From assembly GCA_030390025.1 (NCBI GenBank), contig CM059432.1, positions 17,796,001-17,860,000 of the forward strand: a stretch of DNA of 64,000 bases, read 5' to 3'. Of this stretch, positions 38,768 through 50,410 are shown one piece after another. Made by a program: the position numbers and the translations under genes. Position 1 is the first letter of the stretch. The number at the start of each line of letters is the position of its first letter. Source of the stretch: Squalus acanthias (lineage: Eukaryota). Below the pieces are notes generated by a model. It did no database searches, was not told where the DNA came from, and was given only the letters and a program-made list of their open reading frames with translations.

Positions 38768-38870
38768 ATGTATATCAGTACCTTAAAAGGCAAGAAAATG
38801 TCCCAAAATGATTATGACTATTGTGCGCATCACACCCTATGTAATACACCCCTCAAAACATTTATAAAAA
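38768..38870 (+). promoter_or_regulatory. Third-paralogue promoter: CArG box and TATA box
   Basis: atgtatatcagtaCCTTAAAAGGcaagaaaatgtcccaaaa aligns with S2 atgtacatcagtaCCTTAAAAGGtaatgcagtgtcacaaaa. TTTATAAAAA at 38861-38870. Confidence 0.65.
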
Positions 38871-38915
38871 TGAATCCTCATCATTTTAAAGCAGGGCTTG
38901 AACACAAACGGAAGC

Positions 38916-39083
38916 ATGACTAAGTCAAAAACCTACACAACCTATAGTAGCTGCCGTCAGTGGCACAAAAAACGGGGCAAGAAAGCAAAGCCTAACAGAC
39001 ACGTGTCCCCGAAAAATGTCCAACGTAGGTCCAAAACAAAGATGAAATCTAACAAAAAGCATAAGAAGAAAGGATGGAAATAG
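38916..39083 (+). CDS. Third S1/S2 paralogue: 55-aa Lys-rich basic protein (truncated gene or pseudogene)
   Basis: ATG at 38916 (the ORF track starts at an upstream TTG). MTKSKTYTTYSSCRQWHKKRGKKAKPNRHVSPKNVQRRSKTKMKSNKKHKKKGWK, 17 Lys + 5 Arg. MTKS start as in S1, promoter block shared with S2, 3' region homologous to S1/S2, ATTAAA 39242-39247. Homology is well supported; function is not. Confidence 0.65.
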   Translation: MTKSKTYTTYSSCRQWHKKRGKKAKPNRHVSPKNVQRRSKTKMKSNKKHKKKGWK

Positions 39084-39194
39084 ACTGTTGCCAATCACTA
39101 GGCTCCAGAAGAAAATTTTAAAAGTGGAACCAGGATCACAGAATTAATGAACTACGCAAATAACATCTTACTACCATTGAAGAGATCTATCTGA
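39084..39194 (+). pseudogene. Vestigial S1/S2 C-terminal coding segment after the stop of the third paralogue
   Basis: Reading through TAG 39081 and TAG 39099 gives APEENFKSGTRITELMNYANNILLPLKRSI then TGA 39192-39194, in frame with the ATG (92 codons). DNA ttaatgaa...ccattgaagagatctatcTGAatgctatg aligns with S1 ttaatgaa...cccatgagggtacctgtcTGAatgccatg. Confidence 0.75.
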
Positions 39195-40194
39195 ATGCTA
39201 TGGGATTATGTTTGTTGCCTTATGGATACAATTTATTATGAATTAAAACAACTAATACTTGAGAACAAAATGTATTAACACTGTGTGCTTCTCTTCCTGT
39301 GTACATGGATTAGGGCAGTGACAATAAAACGTGATTTACAATACTTATTAGACCTTCTTCTACAGAAGAGGTTTACTGTAATTATTACCTGTTACTATCT
39401 ATTCGATAGACCAGTTGGTCTAATGTCAGTTGTGGGCAAACTCTTGCAAGTCATAATTAGCGAGAATGTAGCATTGAATAATCGAGGGCAGGCAACGTGG
39501 ATTTTTTTTTATAGGCACGTCACATTTGATTTTCCTGGGAGAAGTGACTGATTGTATAGATAAAGGGATTGCAGTAGTTGTGGTGTATATAGATTTTTCA
39601 GAAGGTGTTCGATAAGGTAGGCAGGAGGCTAATTGCACAAGTTCAGACATACTGGGAGAGGTAAGAGTTGAATGGATGCTGAGTTTTTGAAGGACTGTTC
39701 GGCCGTAGGAGGCTACAGAGCGATAGGGAGGGTCAAGGGACTTAAACACAAGGATTTAAATTTGAGGCGTTGGGAGCCAATGTAGGTGATGGGTGAACAG
39801 AATTTGATGCGGTATAAGATGTAGGCAGCAGAGTTTTGGATGCACTGAAGTTTATGGAGGATGTAGGACAGCAAGGCCAGCATTTACTGCCTAATCCCTA
39901 ATCCCATAAGCAGGTGGTGCTTTTTTGAATACATACATGGCTTACTGTGAGTCTGGAGTCACATATCGGCCAGACCGGCAGATTTCCTTCCCTAAAGGAC
40001 GTTCGTGTTTTTACAACAATCCAGTAGTTTCACAATCACTGATACTAGCTTTTTATGCCAGATTTTATTTAATTGAATTTAAATTCCCAAGCTGCCATAG
40101 TGGGATTTGAACTCATGTCTCTGGATCATTAGTCTAGGCCTCTGGATTACTAGTCCAATGACGTAACCACTATGCTACCGTACCCACATAACCA

Positions 40195-41960
40195 GGAGAA
40201 TTTTGGAATAGTCTAGTCTGGAGGCAACAAAGGCATGGATGAGGTTTCAGCAGCAGATGGGCTGAGGGAGGGATGGGGTTGGGCAATGTTTTGGAGGTGG
40301 AAGTAGGCGTTCTTTGTGATGGAGAGGATATGGGCTCGGGGCGAAATAGAATGCCAAGGTTGCAAACAGTCTGGTTCAACTTGAGACAGTGGCCAGGGAG
40401 GAGGATGGAATTGGTGACTATGGTATGGAGTTTGTAGCGGGGACTGAAGACAATGAATTGGGTTTCCCCAATGTTAACCTGGAGGAAATTGCAGCTCACA
40501 ACACAGAGGAGGTGGCAGGGTTGAGAGAAGCATTGGAGAGCTGGGTTTTATCAGTGTACATGTATCCAATCTCATGTCCTCAGATAATGTCACCACGGGG
40601 AATGATGTAATTGAGGAAGAGGAGGGGGGCCAAGGATAGATCCTTGGGGGAGTTCAGAGCTAATGGTTTGAGGGCAGGAAGATAAGGCATTGCTGGAGAT
40701 GTTCTAGCTACGATTGGATAGCAAGCAAGGGTAGTCCAACTGAGCTGAACAATGGACGAGAGGTATTGGAAGAAGAAGGTGTGGTCAACCGTGTCAAAGG
40801 CTGCAGAGAGATCGAGAAGGATGAGGAGGGATATAAACACAGAGGATGTCATTAGTGATTTTGATTAGGGCAGTTTCAAGTGCTGTGGCTGGGGCAGAAA
40901 CCTAACTGGAGAGATTTAAACCTGGAGTTGAGGGAAAGATGGGAACTGATTTGGGAGGCAACCATACATTCAAGGACTTTGGAGAAAAAAGGGAGGTTGG
41001 AGATGGGGTGGTAGTTTGCAAGGACAGAGGGGTCAAGGGTGGGCTTTGTGAGGTGACAGGTGATTAGAGTGGTTTTGAAAGGGAGAGGACAGTACCTGAG
41101 TAGAGGTACTGTGTCAATGTCAGCTAGTATGGGAGCCAGGAGGGGAGGTTAGGTGGCCAGCAGTTCGGTGGGATTGGGGTCAAGAGAGCAGGAGGTGGGT
41201 CTCATGGACTAGGTGAGCTTGGAAGGGGTGAGAAGAGATGAGAGAAACAAGGGGATGGTTGGGGGGGTGGTGGAGAGGATGTGGCAGAGACAGCTGAACA
41301 GATGGTCAAAATCTTCAAAAAGACAAAGTTGTCCTGTACAATTGTAGTAAGGGGGATGTGAATGGCGAGGGATACAAGGAAGTGGTCAGAGATGGTCCTG
41401 TCTGTGATTGAGACCATGGGAGCAGAGAGGCCTCGTGAAATGGCATGGTCGAGGGGCGTGGTGAGTTTATATGAAGGGAGAGGTTAAGGGATGATGGAGG
41501 GCAGCGAAATTGAAGGAGAGAGGGCAAGGTGTTGCGATTGAGATTGAGATGACTGAGAATGCAGATGCTAAGGGAGGAAAGATGGTAAATATCTCAGTGA
41601 GAAACTTAGGGTGGGGTTTTGGGGGGACAATGGAGATAGAGGGTGGAGCACGGTGAAGTGCTCGAAGGAAGAGACAGTACTAGAGGAGTAGGGGGCAAGA
41701 GACTAAGGTGTGATATGACCATAAGCGCCATGCCGCCATTGTGGCGGTCTGAGTAGGGCAGATGGTGGAAAATATAGCCAGATGGTGAGGCTTCAGTCAG
41801 GGGCAAAGTGTTGCCGCTCATAAGTCAAGTTTCTGTCAAAACTATGATGTCAATGCAACTATCACAATAAGGTCGTGAATGGCTAGGACCTTGTTGGTGA
41901 GTGAATGGACATTCTGGCTGTAAGTGCAGATAGCCGTGGTGATTGTTGATGCGTTGGCAC
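40195..41960 (-). mobile_element. Old L2 LINE (endonuclease and RT remnants)
   Basis: LLILLDLSAAFDTVDH, ISDHFLVS and NFLQVNIGET motifs in broken frames. Confidence 0.85.
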
Positions 41961-44089
41961 AGTCCAGGGGACAGTGATGGGTGCAGTGAGCAGGAAGGTG
42001 GTTGGTAGGATTAGGCCCCAGCAGACGAACGGTGGCATGAATGGCTGACAGGAAGGAGAGGAGACAGGATAAGGGCCCAAGAGGGGTCAAGAGAAGAAAA
42101 AGAAAGGGGAGATATAAGCACTTGCAAGCAAGAGCGAGTCCCCAGAATTTCAGGCCAATACCTCAGAGATACATAAAAACAGAAACCACGACAACATGCA
42201 GATTGCTATTGTTAACATGATCCTGCAATAAGTCAAATTGTTTGTACTGCCTTGTGGTGCATTTAATATATCTCAGCTACAAACAGAAGATGGTGTAACA
42301 GAGCCCTTGAACTCCTTCTGAATGCCTGATCATTCATTTTGTCAATGCCACAATGCTACTTCGACATCCTAGTGCACCCCTTTGTCTAACTATCTCCAGC
42401 TCTGTTGGTGAGCAGACACAAGTCCTGGTTGTTTTCAATTCTCTCAGTGGGAAACTGCTGTGTCTTTCCCTGAAAGCTCATTACCAAGTCCTTCACAAAC
42501 ACATGTTGTCTTCTTATGAAAAAGTTATTATCGTTAATCAGACATTTTACGAACTGCCAGAAAACTCAAAAGAGCACAAATGTCCATCAGCACTTTTTAT
42601 GCCATTTCTCCCCTGCTTTTAGCACACATTTCCATGATTACTGCATTTTACTCTTGGCAGAAAGAAAAGCCCTTGCTAGTTTAATTCCACTCAGCTATTT
42701 ACCCGCTGCAAATCATCATGCCACTCTTGACTAATCAGCAGTGCTATCTTCTTAAGTCAGTTCAACATGCTCAACAAGCAGAGAGATGCCTGGATTGTTT
42801 GCTGTCACCCACAGGGAGTTCCATTTCCATGGCAACTTTCACTAGGAAACATTCAGCATTGGATTCCAAGGCCAAAAAACATCTTTAATAAAATGGCAAC
42901 AACTTCTCAACCCACAGGACGTCTTTCCAAAAATAACTGTTTCAAAATAAAATAAGAGGGGACTATTTATAAACAGATGTACTTACAGTGGTCTACCATC
43001 ATAAAATTAACAGGCATTGAGCAGATTTTGTTGTTTTGGCAGTTTGTTTCCTGTGGTTAATTTAATCAGAAATCCATAAATATTGGCTCGCTAGTCAACC
43101 GACTGAATCAATTTGCTTCCATCCAGTCACCCACGTCCATCCATCAGAGAGGCCGTGACACGCAAGAGTTCCAGTGAACAACCAAAGGCCTAAATGTAGG
43201 GAACATCCAGGCAACCTCAAGTGCCAATGTTGCTGAAGTGTCCTGCAACTCCGAGTCAGATCCTGTACAGGTCCCCAGCTCAGATCACCTTAACTCTACA
43301 GTTCCACACCAAACAGGTGCTGCTGCCACCCACATGGGAGCGCTCAGACGAATTGTTCAGCCAACCCGTCAAAAGGAAAGGAAAACCATTTGTGAACTTG
43401 TGTTCATGTTATATCCCGCAACAAATCACCTGAACGAACACCATTCTTGAATGCTAGGCTCTGGAGCACTCGATTTTCACGTGAGAGGAAGAGCACATGG
43501 TTCATTATCTTTTAGTGGAGTTAAGGGTCCTCGTCCTTTTTTCTAGTTAGGAGTCTGCGTATAGATACGGTGAGCTGAGTTTATTCCTGCTTAACTGTCA
43601 GAATAAAGGCTAACTTACAGCTTTATTACACAAAACTGCAAGCCATCTGTCTACTTCTACATTGATCCCATATTTCACACAAGTGATGACACTTTTAGAA
43701 GTGAAATATCAACTGGCACCTCACTGCCAAAATGAAGTTTATGATGTAACAGTAACAGAACGGATTTCATTTGTGGCTTGTTTATGACATCATACAGCAC
43801 CTTAGCTATGGTTAACGGTTTGTTTCTAACTCTCACAAAGCCCACGTTTGTTCATGATTTGAATTCATGTTTGAGAGGCTCTTCCAGCACCCGTCTCGCA
43901 CACTACTGGACAGGATACGAGAAAACATTTGTCATGCGATGGATGCGTGATCATTCTTTCACCTCTAGCCTTCAATCGCGCTCTCTCTTCATTGCAACCT
44001 TTCCATTCCATTGATATCGACACTATGAACTTTTCTCTTTTACTCTTCCGCCCTGCTTCTTCAGCGACTTGCAATCAAGACTCATTACA

Positions 44090-44620
44090 CAACCACAACA
44101 ACAACAACTTGTATTTATATAGCGCCTTTAACATAGTAAAACGTCCCAAGTCTCTGCACAGGAGTATTTTAAGGCAACAAATTTGACACCGATCCACATA
44201 AGGATAAATTAGGGCAGGTGACCAAAAGCTTGGCCAAAGAGGTAGGTTTTAAGGAGCGTCTTAAAGAAGGAAAGAGAGGTAGAGAGGCGGAGAGGTTTAG
44301 GGAGGGAATTCCACAGCTTAGGGCCTAGGCAACAGAAGGCACGGCCACCAATGGTTAAGCGATTATAATCAGGGATGCTTAAGAGGGCAGAATTAGAGGA
44401 GCGCAGATATCTCGGGGAGTTGTGGGGCTAAATGAGGTTACAGAGATAGGAAGGGGCGAGGCCATGGAGGGATTTGAAAACAAGGATGAGAATTTTGAAA
44501 TCGAGGCACTGCTTAACCGGGAGCCAATGCAGGTCAGCGAGCACAGGGGTGATGGGCGAACGTGACTTGGTGCGGGTTAGGACACGGGCAGCCGAGTTTT
44601 GGATGACCTCTAGTTTACGT
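44090..44620 (-). mobile_element. L2 LINE 3' end
   Basis: Reverse complement closely matches 2385-2817 and 48490-49087. Confidence 0.9.
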
Positions 44621-45756
44621 AGTTTACACCATCTTCCACTCTAGCTCACTCAGCTAATGAGTGAGATGATCTCAGCCGAATTGGCAGCCTAGATGCTATG
44701 ATGGGCCTCGGTGCTCCCGGGCTAGGTTTACATGCTCCAGTGACATGCATGTGTATATGTTGGGTGCAAGTCCCTCTGTGGCCGAATAACCTGCTGAGGC
44801 TCACAGTCAAGGCTGGCCAATGAAAAAATGGCCGCTTGCTTGAGGAACTGAAAATTGGCCAACACTCACAGAAATGTACTCAGCATGAAGAAGGGGAAAA
44901 AATAGGAGGAAAAGAAATATTCTGAAGATCTGAAGAGAAAAAGGAAACCAACTGCAAAATGAACAAAAAAAGAACAGCATCCTAAATGTTGGAGGAAGAA
45001 ATACACGCCTGTAACTTGAAAGTGCTTGGCGTGCTGATCCAATTGTGAAGCAGCATTAAATAATGGTCATGTCATTGTCCCTGATGGGACTGGGCATCTC
45101 TTGTAACACGCAGACACACTCTATGCTAATTCGCAGCAAAACATCGTAAATCAGAAAGCAAACTCTTAACATTTACTGGTTGCACAAGATTTACAGCCAC
45201 TGTTGGAGGCCAGCGGCTGCGATATGTGGCATTTTACCACAAGTTAAATGAGGCAAAGAACACATTAGAATGCAGCTGAACTGCAGCGGGCAAGAATAGT
45301 TCCTTGTAAGCATAGTTAGGAGAGCTAAAAACCATCATAGTGCTGCTCGGTTTATAACTTCACAGAACGCTGCACTACAACAGTTGTATACATTGTGCGC
45401 ATTCCTCATATCTGCAGTGAAAAATAAAATTACTCAGCTCAAAGATTTTTTTTTTTTTAAACTGAATTTTTAAAAAATGTAATTTTTTTGATACCGATTG
45501 GAGTTGACTCAGAAGAGGCTGCACTATCTTTTTCATGAGCTATTTTGGGCACAGCCCCTGATCTCACAGTGGTTGCTCCTATGTACTTATCAAGGTCCAG
45601 GCAACTGGGGAGTCTGTACACCAGATGGTGGTGTTGTAGGAATTTATGTCTTAGCTCCTTCAACATGACGATGCAACTTAAATTAAACCGCAGTGAACAA
45701 AGCCTCCAAGTTTGCAGACAATACCAAAACAGAAGGGAGGGAGAGCAAATAATAAA

Positions 45757-46360
45757 AACATAAGAACAGAAGAATTAGGAGCAGGAGTGGGCCATACGGC
45801 CCTCGAGCCTGCTCCGCCATTCAATAAGATCGTGGCTGATCTTCAACCTCAACTTCACTTTCCTGCACTATCCCCACATCCCTTAATTCCTCTGGATTCC
45901 ACAAATCTATCTATCTCAGCCTTGAATATACTCAACGACTGAGCATTCACAGCTCTCTGGAGTAGAGAACTTTCTCTGAGTGAAGAAATTCCTCCTCATC
46001 TCAGTCTTAAAAGGCCGGCCCCTTATCCTGAGACTATGGCCCCTAGTTCTAGACTCTCTAGCCAGGGGAAACAATCTCTCAGCGTCTACCCTGTCAGTCC
46101 CCCTCAGAATCTTGTATGCTTCAATGAGATCACCTCTCATTCTTCTAAACTCCAGCGAGTATAGGCCCAATCTACTCTCTCCTCACAGGACAACCCTCCC
46201 ATCCCAGGAATCAATCTAGTGAACCTTCGTTGCACCACCTCTAAGGCAAGTATATCCTTCCTTAAATACGGAGACCAAAACTGTGCACAGTACTCCAGGT
46301 GTGGTATCACCAGAGCCCTGTACAATTTTATAGCAAGACTTCCTTACTCTTATACTCCAA
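45757..46360 (-). mobile_element. CR1 LINE 3' end
   Basis: PHLEYCAQFWSP and GLYSLEFRRMRGDLIE motifs. Confidence 0.9.
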
Positions 46361-46399
46361 CAATGAGCAACAATCTAATCAGATTCAAAAGCATTTAGA

Positions 46400-47670
46400 G
46401 TTTTTAGGTAGCTGGACCAGTAGGTGACAGGTGAAATACAATGCTGACAAGCGTAAAACACACAGGAAGTTGGTTGTGGTGGTCGGAGGCCAATGGCTGC
46501 AGCCCCGGGACATCACTGCTACAGTTCCTCAGGACATCGTGCTTGGCCTAACCATCTTCAGCAACTTCATCAATGGCGTTCCCTCTGTCATTAGGTGAGG
46601 AGTGGGGCTGTGCGCTGACGAATCTACAGTATTCAGCTCCAGTCACAACTCCTCCAGTAATGAAGCAGCCTATGCCAGCCTACAGCAGGACCTGAACAAC
46701 ACCTTGACTGACAAATGGACAGGTAACATTTGCGCCACATAAGTGTCAGGTAATGACCATCTCCAATTAACTCCCCCCGACCTTCAATGGCACCACCATC
46801 CTGGCTTAACTGGACCAGCCATATTGACACAATGATCACAAGAGCAAGACCGAGGCTGGGAACTCTGGGACAAGTGACTCATCTCCTTACCCCTCAAAGC
46901 CTCTCCACAATGTACAAAGCTCAAGTCGGGTATGTGACTCACCACTCACCTGGTCTGGTACAGTCACAACTACACTCAGAAGCTCAATACCATTAGAATG
47001 GGAGGAAGGAACTAAAAGAAGAATGATGGGTTAAAATGGGACAGTCTGCTGATCATAAAGAGATTCAGGAATTGTGGTCGATACATCTGTGAAACAGCAC
47101 AGTGCTTAACTTCAATAAAAAAAGGCAATGTACTGGGCTGCATTAGTAGAGGGACAAAGTACAAATCTAAAGAGGTTGTATCGTTAGTGTATAGTGTTGA
47201 TCAAACACCATCTAGAGTACTGTGTGCAGTTCAGGTCAGCTAATCAGAACTATTGCCCTCTAGAAGGTATAGAAATGAAGGCACAGCTATAAAGATAATT
47301 CTGACTATTAGGAATTTAAGTTTTGAGGAACGGTAAGGAGGTTAGCTTGACTTCTAAGAAGAGGAGGAGATTTGAGTTAATATTATAAAAATTTTCAAGA
47401 TTCCAGGAAGGAAATCTGCAAACATAATCCACGCAAATTGTTTGTCATTGGGAAGATTCGAAAACTTTGGGAAAGAAGTTAAAAGCAGGAGGTTCGAAGT
47501 ATAATGGAAGTTTTCTTGCTCATCGAAGCAAACACTATAAATTAGTTTGAGTCATTTGGATGTGTTTCTTGAGAGAAAGGGATGTGATGAGATGATGAGT
47601 AGGTGCATTTGAACTACTAAAATAATACAAAGGTTTAATGGACCTGATGGCCATTTCCTGTTCCTATACT
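46400..47670 (+). mobile_element. Old CR1 fragments with a nested second-family LINE piece
   Basis: Degenerate catctagagtactgtgtgcagttc (HLEYCVQF) near 47210 and an RT remnant at 46465-46990. Confidence 0.65.
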
Positions 47671-48489
47671 ACATATAAATAACTATAAACTGGCATTACA
47701 CCACTTTAGGATTTTTAAAATCCAATTGACTAGAACTGAACAAATCACCATTGAAACAATATGACCATCACAAGGTCGTAAACCATGCCAATGTCTGGAT
47801 TCCTGAACTTGCCTTGTATTCTTTGCGCGCCTCTACATAAAGATTTTACCAACTGTTGGGGCTACCATCATTGTTAGCTTGGACTGAATTCGGCCTTTAC
47901 TTTGCCCAAGTATGCATTTAAAAAAAGTGAAGGAGCCCTGTGGTAACCACAATGAATCACAACGTGTGCCTTTGACCCTTGTTTTAGATTTCAGCTTCAC
48001 ACAAAAACAACCACCAGCAGGATGAATCACCGGGCTCAATAAGCACAACTTATCAATGATTTTCACTCTTCACCCACTGACACTTCTAGACAGGGACTAT
48101 TTTCTTCACTGGCGCCAACTCTTCACGTAAATGCCACATTGGTATGCCACGTATGGTTTCATTTTTTTCTTAAGTGGTGTTGAGTAATCTTAGGTAAATA
48201 AGCAATACACATTGTCTGTAATATAACTGTATCCATACCCCTCCCATCAGATTAGGGTCCGATTTCTTGGCCAACAACAGTCGAACAATTTCATCCTTTG
48301 AATGTGCTGCTGCGATGTGCAGTGCAGTCCTTCCATCCTGAAACATGGAATGAAAAGCATGTTACAAACAGAATTATGAAAAACATGGGCCAGAATTTGC
48401 TGTGGCAGGGTACCTGCCGTCAGTTACATTTCACTTTGCCAATTTAGGTTATTAATTTCTTTGCGTGGCAAGTTGCTGAAAGTGCGAGC

Positions 48490-49087
48490 TGATACCCTCA
48501 TCCATGCCTTTGTTACCTCTAGTCTTGACTATTCCAACGCACTCCTGGCTGGCCTCCCACATTCCACCCTACGTAAACTTGAGGTCATCCAAAACTCGGC
48601 TGCCCGTGTCCTAACCTGCACCAAGTCCCGTTCGCCCATCACCCCTGTGCTCGCTGGCCTACATTGGCTCCCGGTTAAGCAGCGCCTCGATTTCAAAATT
48701 CTCATCCTTGTTTTCAAATCCCTCCATGGCCTCACCCTTCCCTATCTCTGTAATCTCCTCCAGCCCCACAACCCCCTGAGATAGCTGCACTCCTCTAATT
48801 CTGCCCTCTTGAGCATCCCTGATTATAAGTGCTCAACCTTTGGTGGCCGTGCCTTCTGTTGACAAGGCCCTAAGCTCTGGAATTCCCTGCGTAAACCTCT
48901 CTGCCTCTCTACCTCTCTTTCCTCCTTTAAGACTCTCCTTAAAACCCACCTCTTTGGTCACCTGCCCTAATTTATCCTTATGTGGATCGGTGTCAAAATT
49001 GTTGTCTTAAAATACTCCTGTGCAGCGCCTTGGGACATTTTACTACGTTAAAGGCGCTATATAAATACAAGTCGTTGTTGTTGTTGT
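48490..49087 (+). mobile_element. L2 LINE 3' end
   Basis: TLIHAFVTSSLDYSNALLAGLP and (ttg)n tail. Confidence 0.92.
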
Positions 49088-49125
49088 CGCAGTGAGGGAA
49101 ACCAGGCATCTGGGACCTGAGTGGA

Positions 49126-49400
49126 CAACATCAACAACAACTTGTATTTATATAGCTCCTTTAACGTAGTAAAACATCCTAAGGCACTTCACAGGAGCGG
49201 AATCAGACAAAATTTGACACCGAGCCACATAAAGATACATTGGGGCAGATGACCAAAAGCTTGGTCAAAGAGGTGGGTTTTAATGAGCGTCTTAAAGGAG
49301 GAGAGAGAGGTGGAGAGACGGAGAGGTTTAGGGAGGGAATTCCATAGCTTAGGGCCTTAGCAGCTGAAAGCACGGCCGTCAATGGTGGAGCGATTAAAAT
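49126..49400 (-). mobile_element. L2 LINE 3' end, tail-to-tail with the previous copy
   Basis: caacaacaacttgtatttatatag start; reverse complement of the L2 tail. Confidence 0.9.
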
Positions 49401-49753
49401 CAAACAGGGCAACCAACAGGTTATCTCCTTAACCAATCCGATTGAAAGATTAAGAAAGGAACAGTCCAAAGACTGAGCAGGAAATGTAACTTAGAGTGAG
49501 TGAATTCAATGTCAAATCAGGTACAGAAAAAGAAAGAGAGAAAGGAAGATTGGGTTACGAGAGAGAAAAAAGAGACAGAAAGGAAAAGTAAAAATTCAAT
49601 TGGCATTTTAAAATCTCCAATAACAATTAAGGAATGAGACTTCTCACTTGCAATAGTTAATTTTCAGTGGCAGAGAAGTTGATTGGCAGTAATTAACAAT
49701 AATCACATCGTTAAAAGGATACTTAAACTTGAAATGACACGACGTAACTTTCT

Positions 49754-49855
49754 GTTCTGACGAAGGGTCATCGGCCTGAAACGTTAACTCTGTTTCTCTC
49801 TCCACAGATGCTGCCTGACCTGCTGAGTGTTTCCAGCATTTTCTGTTTTTGTTTC
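49754..49855 (+). mobile_element. Penelope (family 2) pLTR fragment with hammerhead motif 49754-49788
   Basis: gtt-CTGACGA-a-gggtc(atc)ggcct-GAAA-cg-TT-aac. Confidence 0.8.
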
Positions 49856-50044
49856 TGTGGTGAGTTTAGTTCATATCTACCGCGCAAATACAGCAACTTC
49901 ACGCCATACAATGCATTTCAATGGTGATGCAGACAGTGAGATGCCATTTTCGCGAAGCTAACAGTGGAGAGGCGAAACATGAGCAGCAACCTTTGGGTAT
50001 TGGCATTTAACCGGACATCTGCCCCTCACCTTAAGTTGCCGTAC

Positions 50045-50410
50045 CATAGAATCATAGAATCATAGAATGGTTAGAGCACGGAAGAAGGCCATTTGGTCCT
50101 GCAATTCTTTTTCTTTCAGGTACTTATCCAACTCCCTTTTGAAAGCTGTGATTGAATCTGCCTCCACCACCCTCTCAGGCAGTGCATTCCAGATCCTAAC
50201 CACTCGCTGAGTAAAAAAGTTTTTCCTCATGTCGCCTTTGGTTCTTCTGCCCATCACCTTAAATCTGTGTCCTCTGATTCTCGATCCTTGCGCCAATGGG
50301 AACAGTTTCTCTCTATCTACTCTGTCCAGACCCCTCATGATTTTGAACACCTCTATCTTCTCAATCTTCTCTGCTCTAAGGAGAACAACCCCAGCTTCTC
50401 CAGTCTATCC
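50045..50410 (-). mobile_element. CR1 LINE 3' end
   Basis: ORF 50060-50350 NFFTQRVVRIWNALPERVVEA. Confidence 0.9.
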
